A stretch of 47,923 bases of DNA from an uncultured Fibrobacterota bacterium (GCA_963753345.1 CAVWBU010000042.1:1-47923), one strand, 5' to 3'; shown: positions 28,650 to 38,920, counted from the stretch's first letter. Numbers and translations: made by a program. The notes: generated from the letters alone by a model not told the origin.

Positions 28650-28810
28650 CAGTCATGGAAGGCGCAGTGCACCGGTCCGGGGTGATCGAAGGCCGCTGGC
28701 GCCGGGCTTCCCGGTGCATTGCGCATTGTGTGTCATGCACCGCGAACGGAAGATATATTAAGGGAAATCTCACGGGATTTTCCGGTCACCGGCAAACAAA
28801 GGACGGCCCC

Positions 28811-31240
28811 ATGCAGGAGAAAATTTCGCTCGACGGAGAGCTTGTCGGCACGCTCTCGCACCAGCTCAAGTCGCCCATCACCACGATCCAGTCGCTGCTC
28901 AAGACCGTTGCGGACGGCTTTACAGGGGAGATAAGCCCGGAGGCGCTCCGGTTCATCATTCGGGCTGCCGGCAAGGCGGAAGAGGCGGACCTGCTGATTG
29001 CCGACCTGCTCAGCTACCGGTACTATTCCCGGGGCGGAAAGATTGACAGGGAAGAAATCGACCTCGGGAGTCTCGTGGAGACCGGGGCGCACGCATGCGC
29101 CGCCGAGGCTTCCGACAAGAACGTGTCGCTGCGCGTGCGGACGCCCGAAGGCCTTGCGGTGCTCACGCGCGGGGATGGTCGCGGCCTTGCCATGGCCGTG
29201 CGAAATCTGGTGGAGAACGCCGTCAAGTACACGCCCCAGGGAGGGCACGTGATTGTCACACTGAGTGCGCCGCGGGGCCGAGCACCATGCGTGCTGCAGG
29301 TGACGGATTCGGGCTACGGCATCGCTGCGGCGGATATGCGGTCCATATTCAAGCCGTTTTTCCGTTCCCCGCGGCATACGGCGACGGTGTCGGGCACGGG
29401 CCTTGGCCTTGCGATCACCAAGACGATTGTCGAGGCGCACGGCGGGACCGTTTCACTGGAGTCGAAAGAGGGGAAAGGCACCACGTTTACGGTTGCTCTG
29501 CCATGCAGCGGCGTGCAAAAGAAACTCCGCCGCGCGGCCGCGCGCAAGCGCGTGGTGATTGTCGGCGGGGTGACGGCCGGCCCAAAGACCGCGGCGCGCC
29601 TGAGGCGTCTCGACGAGCGCTGCGACATCACCATCGTGGAAAAGAGCGAGTTCTTGTCTTATGCAGGGTGCGGCCTGCCGTCGTACATCAGCGGCGGGGT
29701 GCGCTCGCCGAAGTCTCTTATGTCAACGGCGGACAACACGGTGCGCGACATCAACTTCTTTGAATCCATCAAGAACATCCGCGTGCTGAGCAGGACCGAG
29801 GCCGTCGGCATCAACCGGGTGAGGAAGACGGTGCGGGTGCGCGATCTCGCCGCGCACGAGGCGCGCGAGCTTCCCTACGACGTGCTCGTGCTCGCCACGG
29901 GCGGCCAATCGCGCCTGCCGGCGATTCCGGGAATAAGGCAAAAAGGCATTTATTCGCTGCACGGCATGGAAGACGCGGAGGCGATCCGCGCCGAATGCGC
30001 TTCCAAAAACGCCCGTGACGTTTACATTATAGGTGGAGGGCTCGTGGGGATTGAAACCGCCGAGTCGCTCGTGGATGCCGGCGCGCGGGTCACTATCCTG
30101 GAAAAGAGACCGCTCGTGCTTTCTTCGCTGTTCGACGGGGACATTGCCGAAAAGATCCAGAGCGCGCTCAGCGAAAAGGGGATACGGGTCGTCACGGGCG
30201 TGGCGGTTTCGAGGATTGCGAAAAAGGACGGCCGCTTAATGATTGTCACGGGCGCCGGCAGGTTCGCCGCCGACCTTATCATAGTGTCGGCCGGAGTGCG
30301 GCCCAATTCCTCGCTGGCGCGAAAGGCCGGGCTGCCGGTGAGCGCGGCCGGCGCGATCCGCGTCGATTCGCATCTGCGGACCAAGGATCCGTCCGTGTAT
30401 GCCATCGGCGACTGCGCGGAAAGCGTCAACTGCATAACCGGACGCAATGAGTACTGGCCGCTTGGCTCTGTTTCCACGAAGATGGGAAGGATAGCGGCCG
30501 ACAACATCGCGGGCAGGCCGTCGCGGTATCTCGGGTCGATCGGCACCACCATGTTCCAGAATTTCGGCGTTTCCATCGCCCGCACGGGCCTCACGGCTGC
30601 GAGCGCACGCGAACACGGTTTTCGCGCTGAATCAATCGTCGTAACCGGCCTCGACAAGGCGCATTATTCGCGCGATGCCGACTATGTCACGATCAAGCTG
30701 ATCGCCGATGTAAAAACGCGGGTGCTGCTTGGCGCGCAGGGTTACGGAAGGGGAGACGTGGTGCGGCAGATCCAGATTGCCGCGGCGGCAATCATGCAGT
30801 CGGCAACGCTCACCGATGTGTTCGATCTCGACCTCGGATATTCCCCATGCTTCAACAATCCCATCGACCTTGTCCAGATCGCCTGCTGCATGCTTGCCGC
30901 GAAAATCGACGGGTTCGTAAGGACCACGACCTTGTCGGGGCTTGAGCGCAGGGGAACGCGGGCGCACCTGGTGGACGTGTCGCCGTTCGCCGACCATGTG
31001 GCAAATGCCATCCCCGGCAGCGTGAGCGTTCCGCTGGAGAACCTCCGGCGGGAGGGGGTTCCGTTTGACAAAAGAGAAACGTGTGTACTGTACAGCAGGA
31101 CCTCGTCGCGCGCATACGAGGCCTACCGGTATCTCGTTACCAAGGGGTATGCAAGCATCTCGATTCTTGAAGGCGGGTTCGTCTTCTGGAGCAACGGTGC
31201 GATCCGGCCGCGCCCCGCGGCCGTGCAGGCCTTACAGTAG
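28811..31240 (+). CDS. Histidine kinase (HisKA-HATPase) fused to a CoA-disulfide/persulfide reductase-like flavoprotein and a rhodanese domain
   Basis: Kinase boxes: H SHQLKSP, N NLVENAVKYT, G1 DSGYGI, G2 GTGLGL. Then VVIVGGVTAG, SYAGCGLP, GGGLVGIE, YAIGDC, LDLGYSP. Rhodanese IPGSVSVPL...LYSRTSSRA...LEGG. Confidence 0.92.
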   Translation: MQEKISLDGELVGTLSHQLKSPITTIQSLLKTVADGFTGEISPEALRFIIRAAGKAEEADLLIADLLSYRYYSRGGKIDREEIDLGSLVETGAHACAAEASDKNVSLRVRTPEGLAVLTRGDGRGLAMAVRNLVENAVKYTPQGGHVIVTLSAPRGRAPCVLQVTDSGYGIAAADMRSIFKPFFRSPRHTATVSGTGLGLAITKTIVEAHGGTVSLESKEGKGTTFTVALPCSGVQKKLRRAAARKRVVIVGGVTAGPKTAARLRRLDERCDITIVEKSEFLSYAGCGLPSYISGGVRSPKSLMSTADNTVRDINFFESIKNIRVLSRTEAVGINRVRKTVRVRDLAAHEARELPYDVLVLATGGQSRLPAIPGIRQKGIYSLHGMEDAEAIRAECASKNARDVYIIGGGLVGIETAESLVDAGARVTILEKRPLVLSSLFDGDIAEKIQSALSEKGIRVVTGVAVSRIAKKDGRLMIVTGAGRFAADLIIVSAGVRPNSSLARKAGLPVSAAGAIRVDSHLRTKDPSVYAIGDCAESVNCITGRNEYWPLGSVSTKMGRIAADNIAGRPSRYLGSIGTTMFQNFGVSIARTGLTAASAREHGFRAESIVVTGLDKAHYSRDADYVTIKLIADVKTRVLLGAQGYGRGDVVRQIQIAAAAIMQSATLTDVFDLDLGYSPCFNNPIDLVQIACCMLAAKIDGFVRTTTLSGLERRGTRAHLVDVSPFADHVANAIPGSVSVPLENLRREGVPFDKRETCVLYSRTSSRAYEAYRYLVTKGYASISILEGGFVFWSNGAIRPRPAAVQALQ

Positions 31241-31609
31241 CTTTTGCACCTTGGCAAGCAGGGTTTTCGGGTCCACCGGCTTAAGGACGTAGTCGTCCAC
31301 CGGCAACCATGACGCGTCGCCGGCCTCCGACTTGTAATCGATGCGCGTTTCCCTGTCGACGTTGGTGATCATCAGTATCTTAACATTACGGAACTTCCCG
31401 TCCGCCTTGATTTCCCGCGCCGCCTCGAACCCCGAATTAAGCGATTCCATCATCACGTCGAGGATCACGAGGTCGGGCTTGAACGTTGCCATCAGCGCAA
31501 GCCCGTCGGCCTTTGTTCCTGCCTCCCTGAGATTGTACGGGCCGGCCAGGACCGTTTTCATCACTTCGCGGAGCGCGGCATCGTCGTCGATGATGAGGAT
31601 CTTCTTCAT
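31232..31609 (-). CDS. Single-domain response regulator (receiver)
   Basis: ILIIDDD, PDLVILDVMM (phospho-Asp), LMIT, LKPV; extra DASWLPVDDY segment. Confidence 0.92.
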   Translation of the reverse strand: MKKILIIDDDAALREVMKTVLAGPYNLREAGTKADGLALMATFKPDLVILDVMMESLNSGFEAAREIKADGKFRNVKILMITNVDRETRIDYKSEAGDASWLPVDDYVLKPVDPKTLLAKVQKLL

Positions 31610-31780
31610 TGCATTTCCTTTTCCCGGGTGAGGTGAAGCGTTGCTGCCGTCGCCTATAATTTACAATGTCGGGAAGCTCGCTCGAAAAAAAAATTTTCGC
31701 CGGCGGTTGCACCGCGGGACATTGGGAAAGGGATTTCCACCCGGGCACCGGGTATCAAAAACAATCTCCTTAAGATAAAT

Positions 31781-31809
31781 TTGACTAAAGGCGCAAAAAA
31801 CCTTATATT
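31781..31809 (+). promoter_or_regulatory. Sigma70-type promoter of the GH3 gene
   Basis: TTGACT-17 bp-TATATT. Confidence 0.6.
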
Positions 31810-31936
31810 CCCTACATTATATTTATGGGGACTGATGACCGGCCGGATTTGTTCTATCGGAACATCGAAATCCTGGCGGTCGGAACAGTCTCACCTGACC
31901 ACAAAGAGCAAACCCAGGAGCAAGGAGGGAATTGAT

Positions 31937-34235
31937 ATGAGACGTGTCCGGTGTATCTCAATCATGTGTGTCGTGTTGCTTGCCTATGCCATGGTATCTG
32001 GGCAGAGCGGCGACTTCCAGACCAAAGGCAGGGTGCTTGTGGCCGGTCAGCCTCTTGCGATGGCCACCGTCACCTACCTGAATGTGGCGCAGCGTCTGTC
32101 GTGGGATTTCTCCCTGTTGGACGGGACTTTCGGAAACACGGTTTCCACCAAGAACCCCCTTCAGCAGGACGCCACGGTTTCCCTTCCCTCGGAAGGCGTC
32201 GTGACCATCGACATCTTCGAGATGAGCGGGAAGCTTGCGGGCACGGTGAGCGGCAAACTTGACAAAGGCATCTACACCCTGCGGCCCCTTGCGGCAAAGC
32301 TCGCCCAGTCGATGTACATGCTCCGGATCAGGGCCGGCAACGCCGTAACGTATCAGAAAATGCTCAACGCGGGATTCAACAACGCGGGCTACACCATTTC
32401 CCTGTCCTCGAAACGTGAGCCCATGGTGATGGCAAAGAAGCTTGCCGCCATCGACTCGATACGCGTGGGGAAAACCGGATACACGCCCGTGGTGGTCCCA
32501 ATTTCATCATACACCGACAACGTGGGCGACGTGACGCTGACCCCCGTGGACATTGAAGGCGAGATCAATACCCTTTTCGGCCAGATGACGCTGGCTGAAA
32601 AAATCGGTCAGCTTCGTATGCCGGTTACTCCGGACGTGGGCACCGTGACGGGTGGGGAATGCGGCAGTATCTTTGGCGGCGGCGGAGCATTGCTGGGTTC
32701 CAGCATTGCAGGATGCGCCGATAACATTGATAACATCCAAAAAGGAATGGCAACTACCGCCAGGAAAATCCCGATCCTGGCTGCGTACGACTTTGTCCAC
32801 GGCGCAAGTGCAGTGCCGGGGGCAACCATGATGCCGCACAACCTGGCAATGGGTGCAATTCAGGATACGTTGCTTCTCCAGAAAGCATTCCGGGTATGCG
32901 CGCTTGAGGTCCGCGGCGCGGGCTGCAACTGGGGATTCGGGCCGTGCATAGCCGTCATCCGCGATGACAGGTGGGGACGCGCGTACGAAGGTTTCTGCGA
33001 AACCCCGGAGCGCACACAGATCATGGCGCGGCACGCGGTTCTCGGCTGCCAGCTTACCGACCTTTCCTGTCCCATGAGCCTATGCTGCATGCTGCAAGCA
33101 TTTTGCCGGCGACGGCAACACGGTGAACGGTGTGAACGCAGGGACAACCGTTGGACCCGATGCCACGGCCCGTGCAATAAATCTGCCCGGATACTCAGCC
33201 GCGGTCGCCGCGGGTGTGGCAACCATCATGCCCTCATTTTCCACATGGTGCGATGGCACGCCGATGCATATGAATAAAAAGCTTATAACAGGCTGGTTAA
33301 AATCCGACTCGGCCGGCCAGCCGAACTTTCAGGGTTTCATCGTCGGAGACTGGGCTGCGGCCTCTATTCCGGGCAGCATCGATGCAGGGCTCGATGTGCC
33401 GATGTCGCCGGATAACGGCGCCGGAACTGCCTCTGCACTCAACAACAATTATACTGCGTACCAGGCGAGAATCGATGACGCCAGCAAGCGCGTTCTTCGG
33501 GTAAAAGCCTGGATGGGCATGCTCAACCCGGCGGGCTCGTACTTGACTGACAGGAGACTGACCGCGCTTGTCGGCTGCGCAGCGCACCGGGACGTGGCCC
33601 GCGCGTGCGTGAGGGCCGCGTGCGTTCTTCTCAAGAACGCCGGTCCTGCTATTCCGATTCCCAAGACCGCGAATGTCGCGATCTGGGGCCAGGCCGGAAA
33701 CGATGTCGGCATCCAGTGCGGCGGATGGACCGTAAGCTGGCAGGGACAAAGCGGGGCGATTCCCGGCGGCGGCGGCACCACAATCTTGCAGGGTGTCCAG
33801 TCGCTTTGCACGGGTACGGTGACCACTTCAGGGACTTCCGATTATAATATCGCGGTCCTCAGCGAAAATCCCTACGCCGAAACGAGTTTCCCCAATGTCG
33901 CCATAACCGGCAATGATGCGACCGGCACGAACGCAACAGTCATAACGCAGGCCGCGGCAGCGCATGCCGCCGGGAAAAAGGTGATCGGCATTCTCATTGC
34001 AGGAAGGGCGCTTGACATATCAGGAGTGCTTCCCAGCTGCGACGCGTTTATCTGGGCGTGTCTGCCCGGTTCCGAAGGCGGACTGGGCATAGCGCAACTG
34101 CTGTTCAAAGACCAGGGGTACGGGTTTTCGGGCAAGCTGCAGGTTACGTGGCCCAACAACTCGACCAATGAACCCATCAACGCCGGAGACGGACAAACCG
34201 GTTTGTTCGCCTACGGGTTCGGGCTCACCGACTAG
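31937..34235 (+). pseudogene. Secreted GH3 beta-glucosidase/exo-glucanase with one apparent +1 frameshift (~33077)
   Basis: MTLAEKIGQ, DFVHG and RDDRWGRAYEGF in the first frame; ACCKHFAGDG, GDW and CGGWTVSWQG in the next frame. Removing one base near CCCATGAGCCTAT restores a full-length enzyme. Likely consensus error. Confidence 0.85.
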
Positions 34236-34324
34236 CGTTTGTTACGTTTTTGTTCCGGTTGTTTATGCAGCCGCGGGATTTTTCTCGCGGCTGTCTTTTT
34301 TTTCTACTGGTTCAGAATTCTCAT

Positions 34325-34851
34325 GGGGGGGAAGTCTCCCCCTCGCTCCGGCCTCCTCGGCCTTCGGCCTGCGGTGTCCTGCGCTACCCCCTCCTGGGTG
34401 GCCGCCATGACAAAGCAGCTGCAAGACCACGCATTGTTGTGGCGGCACCCACGGAGACCAGTGGAAAATTAACAAGTTGAATGCCTTAGCCCGCGCGATC
34501 CCCGCGACTTGGCGCAGGGTTAGCGGGCGAATTACGAGTATCTTTTCCTTGGGCATGGAAGAATCCCCGCCACTTGGGGCGGGGTTCTTCAATAGTTGAG
34601 AGGTTGACGAGTTGAAAAGTTGCAAATGCAAAGAAGAAGCCCTGATTAATTTATTGCGGATGCTGATTGGCGTAAAAAGAAGTAATTAACTGAATAGAAT
34701 TCCGTTGCCGCGCGCCAGGCAGGACCGGAGTGGTCCCGCCGTAGCGGGATTGCCGGCCGACCCCCGCCGCAGGCGCCTAGGGCGGTCCGGCAACGAGGCG
34801 AACAGCCGAGCCCGGAGGGAGGGCCGCCGCCGCAAAGCGGCGGGGCGCCCA
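34325..34851 (+). repeat. Bipartite repeat copy 3 with internal C module (A 34325-34470, C 34488-34593, 8-mer x4 34594-34625, B 34707-34851)
   Basis: A and B consensus. C consists of two hairpins sharing ATCCCCGCSACTTGGSGCRGGGTT. 8-mers read AGTTGAGA GGTTGACG AGTTGAAA AGTTGCAA. Confidence 0.9.
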
Positions 34852-34908
34852 AATCTTCTCTTGAGTTTTGAGACAGGCTGAACCTCTCCCCCGAAGGATT
34901 TTGTATTA

Positions 34909-36009
34909 TTAATTTATCTTTCTCCCCAAATACTCCCACGAAATCGTAAACCCAAACAAAAAACTGTTGCTGGACGGTTCGTAAAACGTCTCGCCCGCGC
35001 CGTCGACGGCGGTATTGCTGCGGCCGAACGTGTAGTAGAGAAAGTATGGCGCGAAGCGCAGCGCCGGCCTGTTGTCGCGTTTCTTCTCCACGAACAGCTC
35101 CACCTTCACCGACGCGCGGTTGCCCAGGGTCACGGGCGGATAGTTCGTCGACGCCCCGCCCGACGTGAGCCCCGCCTGCATCCCCCCGTAGAACATAAAA
35201 TTGACACATGCGTCTATGCCCACAACGGAGCGAGCGGATACGGGCCTGGAAATGTTGACTCCCAACGGCGCCGAGAACCAGTAGTAGAGTTCCCAGTTGC
35301 TTACGTCGGGGCTGTAGTACAGCTCACCCTGATTGTCCATCAGATCGCGGTACCATAATTTGCAATCGAGGCCGGTATACACAAAAAGGGGCAACGCGGT
35401 GTTGGGAAACGCGTATCCGAGATCGCACCCTGCAAACAGAAAAACGTTGGTCTTTTGAAACGTATACGGATCGAATTCAATGCCCGTGGTGTCGCCCGTC
35501 GCATTGACGGTGATTTGCCCCTGGGAAGACCCGTCGTAGGTGTTGTCGAAACCCACCAGCAGGCCGGCCTTGGGTCTTACCACCAGCCTGTTTTCCCAGT
35601 TGTAAAAGGTGCCGCCGAGCGACAGGCCGAAGACTGCGCCGTATTCATCGCTTTTGGGCGCTCCGAAAATCTGCGGGTCGCGGCCGAAGTGGTCCCGAAA
35701 AGCGCCCACCAAGTCGCTCAGGTCGACGTCTTCGCTGTAGTAAAGCCAGGAAAGCGAAAGCCCGATTGAAATGATCCGGGGATAGAAGAACAGGGAAAAC
35801 GGCAGCTCGGCTACGCTTGTGTCGGACAATGCCGGCTCGGGCTGCGCGCCGGCTTCCGGGACGGCGGGTGGCGCGGCAGTGGAATCTCCAACAATGGATG
35901 AATCCCTTGCGGCCGCCGACGCTGCCGCGGAATCGGTGGAAACCGTCTGCGAAAAAGAAATAGCGGCACAACCGAGTACGAAGAGAAATGTGAACCCGTG
36001 CGCTGACAT
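34909..36009 (-). CDS. Probable outer-membrane beta-barrel protein
   Basis: Signal peptide, Ala/Pro/Ser linker, alternating aromatic beta-strands, terminal FGFTISWEY. Confidence 0.7.
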   Translation of the reverse strand: MSAHGFTFLFVLGCAAISFSQTVSTDSAAASAAARDSSIVGDSTAAPPAVPEAGAQPEPALSDTSVAELPFSLFFYPRIISIGLSLSWLYYSEDVDLSDLVGAFRDHFGRDPQIFGAPKSDEYGAVFGLSLGGTFYNWENRLVVRPKAGLLVGFDNTYDGSSQGQITVNATGDTTGIEFDPYTFQKTNVFLFAGCDLGYAFPNTALPLFVYTGLDCKLWYRDLMDNQGELYYSPDVSNWELYYWFSAPLGVNISRPVSARSVVGIDACVNFMFYGGMQAGLTSGGASTNYPPVTLGNRASVKVELFVEKKRDNRPALRFAPYFLYYTFGRSNTAVDGAGETFYEPSSNSFLFGFTISWEYLGRKIN

Positions 36010-36193
36010 CAAGAGCCTTGACCTGGGAAGACATCCGCCTGCCAAAACGATGGCAGTGCATATTAAATTACATCGCCCTGCCGATGGCGGAGCAGGAGTT
36101 GTATTTTCCTCACCGGACACCGACCCGTGCCGTCAAAAGGAAAATCCCATGAACCATTCGGTTATTCGTCGTGTCCCGTGTTTACCTTTCTCC

Positions 36194-36222
36194 TTGACAC
36201 TTGATAATCCGCGTGATATACT
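36194..36222 (+). promoter_or_regulatory. Near-consensus sigma70 promoter
   Basis: TTGACA-17 bp-TATACT. Confidence 0.7.
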
Positions 36223-36311
36223 TGGTAGTGAAGGTCCCCCCGTTAGGGAAAACGAACAACCGACAAAAGAGGATGCCATGAAAAGGACAATATTACTGCT
36301 TTCTTGCGATA

Positions 36312-37199
36312 ATGATAATGGTCTGCGCGGTCTTCTCCGCCGATCTCGGCGGCAACGCCATGAGGAAGACAATGCGGCCTGAGGCAAACGGCATCACCAT
36401 AACAACAAGCATTCCCGATACGCTTTATGCAGACACGCTTTATTCCATACCCCTTACGGCAACCTACGCCGGAAACGGCACATTGGTGTGGACCGTTATC
36501 CGACAGCCTTCCAATATGCAGGAAATCGCAGACACCATCGTGTGGTTGCCGACGCTGGCAAACGTCGGCAACGACACCATCATCATTTCCGTTTCCGATG
36601 GGTCGTCAAGCGACACCATGACCAAGCCTATCGTGGTGCGCGCGGAACCGGCGGTCGGCATAACCACCGTGTTCCCCGATACGTTCTACGTGGACTCGCT
36701 TTATTACCTGCATCTCTCCGCACGATACTCGGGGACCGCCACGCTCACCTGGACCGTCATCAGAAAACCTTCCAACATGCAGGACATTGCCAACACGCTT
36801 ATATGGCTCCCCACATCATCAAACATCGGCAGCGATACGATCATCATCTCGGTTTCCAACGGTTCCGAGACCGACACCTTGAAAAAGCCGTTCGTGGTTG
36901 AACCGAGAGGCGGCACCAATGCCGGTCTCGCCAGGCGTCCCGAACCGAATTCCCTCAGCGCGCAGGTGAAGCACGTAATAGGTTCCACGGAGCTGGTTGT
37001 CGGCATTCCCAACTCCGTCAGTCCCCAGTGCGAAATAAGACTCTTTGATCCGTCGGGCAAAATGGTTTATAAGACGCTGCTTTTGGGACCGGGATATCAC
37101 CGGGTGTCTCTTGCTTTTGCCGGCATCAGAAGAGGATGTTACGTGGTAAAAGTTTCCGCCGGCCCGGAGAGTGTAACAACAATGGCCGTTTTAAGGTGA
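36312..37199 (+). CDS. Secreted protein with two tandem Ig-like repeats and a C-terminal sorting-type domain (true start probably 36278, with an extra T near 36300)
   Basis: Internal duplication PDTxYxD...WTVIRxPSNMQ...WLPT...DTIIISVS. ATG 36278 has a GAGG RBS and gives MKRTILLLLAIMIMVCAVFSA if one T is removed. Confidence 0.8.
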   Translation: MIMVCAVFSADLGGNAMRKTMRPEANGITITTSIPDTLYADTLYSIPLTATYAGNGTLVWTVIRQPSNMQEIADTIVWLPTLANVGNDTIIISVSDGSSSDTMTKPIVVRAEPAVGITTVFPDTFYVDSLYYLHLSARYSGTATLTWTVIRKPSNMQDIANTLIWLPTSSNIGSDTIIISVSNGSETDTLKKPFVVEPRGGTNAGLARRPEPNSLSAQVKHVIGSTELVVGIPNSVSPQCEIRLFDPSGKMVYKTLLLGPGYHRVSLAFAGIRRGCYVVKVSAGPESVTTMAVLR

Positions 37200-37620
37200 T
37201 AAAGCCTCTGCGTGCCCTGTGACGACCCGCTTGTTCCATCGGTAGAGTGGTGGAACAGGTTCTCCGCCCAACTCACAAACCCCAAAGATTGCTTGCAGCT
37301 TGCTGCGGGGTATTTCAATCTTTTGCCGCGTTTTTTTTCTTTATGATCAGGGCGATACCAACGGCTACGACGCATAGCAGGACGAAGAGACCGTAGGCGA
37401 GGACCATGGAGAGGATCATATAAGGTGAGGCCAAAATCTCTCAATTACTTTTTCCCGGTGCCCCGCGGGAAGAAAAGTGACAACGGGCAAACAACATAAT
37501 AGAAAGGGCGCAGCGCCGTTGCCACGCCCGTAAGGAACGCAGTGAAGAAGAGACAAAGCAATTCTTTGTTTTCAACTTTTCAACTTCTCAACTAATCCTC
37601 GCGGTCTTTGCCGGTCCTGT

Positions 37621-38730
37621 TCACCTCAAAACCATCATTTGTTTTGTTGCCAACACATGGTCCGACTTGAGCGTGACGATATACACCCCTCTGTTGAAGC
37701 TCGGAACAGCGATACTTCCGGATTCCTTGACCGCAATTCGCAGCATTAATTTTCCGGAGCAGGAATAGATTTCCAACCATGCGGGTTCTTGTCCACCGTA
37801 CAGATATTTCAATTCCTTGTTCTTGGTTATCGTAACCGATGCATTCCCCAGAAAAGCATAATTCATCGTCGGCTTATTATTGTTGATGACGGGAGTGACA
37901 GGCGGCAAACCAAAATCAAGAATATAGTCGGGTCCATATTTAGCCCAGTTCCCCAGTGAGGCCGGAAGATTAGGCGATGGACAGGTAAACAGGCTGTGAG
38001 GATCGTCGTAAGGAAAACTGTACGAAGTTGGACAAGCAGCCTTTTTTATAGCAGCGCAGGGTGAACCAACATCACCACTGCAATAAAAACCATTGGTGTC
38101 GAGCACCCCATTAATGGTATCCAAATTCAACATTGACGCGGGAGCGGTCAAATACAAGTCCGTTATGCAATCACCCTCCCCCCCGCAAGTCCATCCTTGT
38201 CGACCCACCGCCGCGTCCAACGCGACACTATCGGGGTAGAATGTTCCCGGCAGCGGATAAAATAATATGGGAAGGTTGTAACCGTCGACAAGACTTACAT
38301 CGTACCAATCGAGATGCCAATTCGCCGCAGTCCTTGAGTCCATATTGATCTCAGCGAGAGTAAACGGTCCGTTTTGATATTTTGGATCCCAATACCCCCA
38401 GATTCTTGCCGATGCCCAATTGTTTGGAACCTGAAATATCGTGTCATGTCCCATCTTCAGCGGAAAAGTAAAGCTCATGCCACTGCCGGTTGCACGGACA
38501 GTAAGGTCTTTGTGCCAGTAATTGTGGAGGTAGAAATACCGCGTGCCCACACCATATTGGCCGGTATGAGGCCATGTGTCTGCCACGGCCGGTTGGCACA
38601 CGGAGCATTGAACGATGGTATCTGCAACTGCGAGAGCAAATCCTGAACATGGTAACATTGTTGTTTGGACAGGAACAGATAAGGCCAGGAAGACAGACAG
38701 CAGGATCGCTGCAAAAGAGAACCTCTTCAT
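37621..38730 (-). CDS. Thaumatin-family (PR-5/GH152-like) secreted protein, copy 1
   Basis: ARIWG, TLAEI, DWYDVSLVDGYNLP and KAACPTSYSFPYDDPHSLFTC signatures; GGAGG RBS; C-terminal sorting-type domain. Confidence 0.87.
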   Translation of the reverse strand: MKRFSFAAILLSVFLALSVPVQTTMLPCSGFALAVADTIVQCSVCQPAVADTWPHTGQYGVGTRYFYLHNYWHKDLTVRATGSGMSFTFPLKMGHDTIFQVPNNWASARIWGYWDPKYQNGPFTLAEINMDSRTAANWHLDWYDVSLVDGYNLPILFYPLPGTFYPDSVALDAAVGRQGWTCGGEGDCITDLYLTAPASMLNLDTINGVLDTNGFYCSGDVGSPCAAIKKAACPTSYSFPYDDPHSLFTCPSPNLPASLGNWAKYGPDYILDFGLPPVTPVINNNKPTMNYAFLGNASVTITKNKELKYLYGGQEPAWLEIYSCSGKLMLRIAVKESGSIAVPSFNRGVYIVTLKSDHVLATKQMMVLR

Positions 38731-38920
38731 ATACCTCCCCCTTTTATTTAATGATACTTGTGAAGTTTCATGATGGCGTCGAAGGTTAGGATCGGATGTT
38801 GATAATATAATGCTTTTTTGCGGGATTGGCAGTGTAAATGAGATTAGGAAAGTGGAAGGGGTTGGGCGTTGCCCCAGGTGTATTCGAGTTGGCAGAAAAT
38901 CAGAGTCAAGAATTCTTGGT

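Noticed and set aside
28575-28800. ZMP/ZTP or THF riboswitch upstream of fhs
   Set aside because: GACTG and CACCGGGAAGC-like pieces occur in the wrong order, and no CGCCTGGGC 3' element is present. The predicted promoter also leaves only a short leader.
31850-31864. TGTTC-N5-GAACA dyad downstream of the GH3 promoter as a second TIGR02147 site
   Set aside because: Short, with different half-site and spacing from the 43615 palindrome; could easily be chance.
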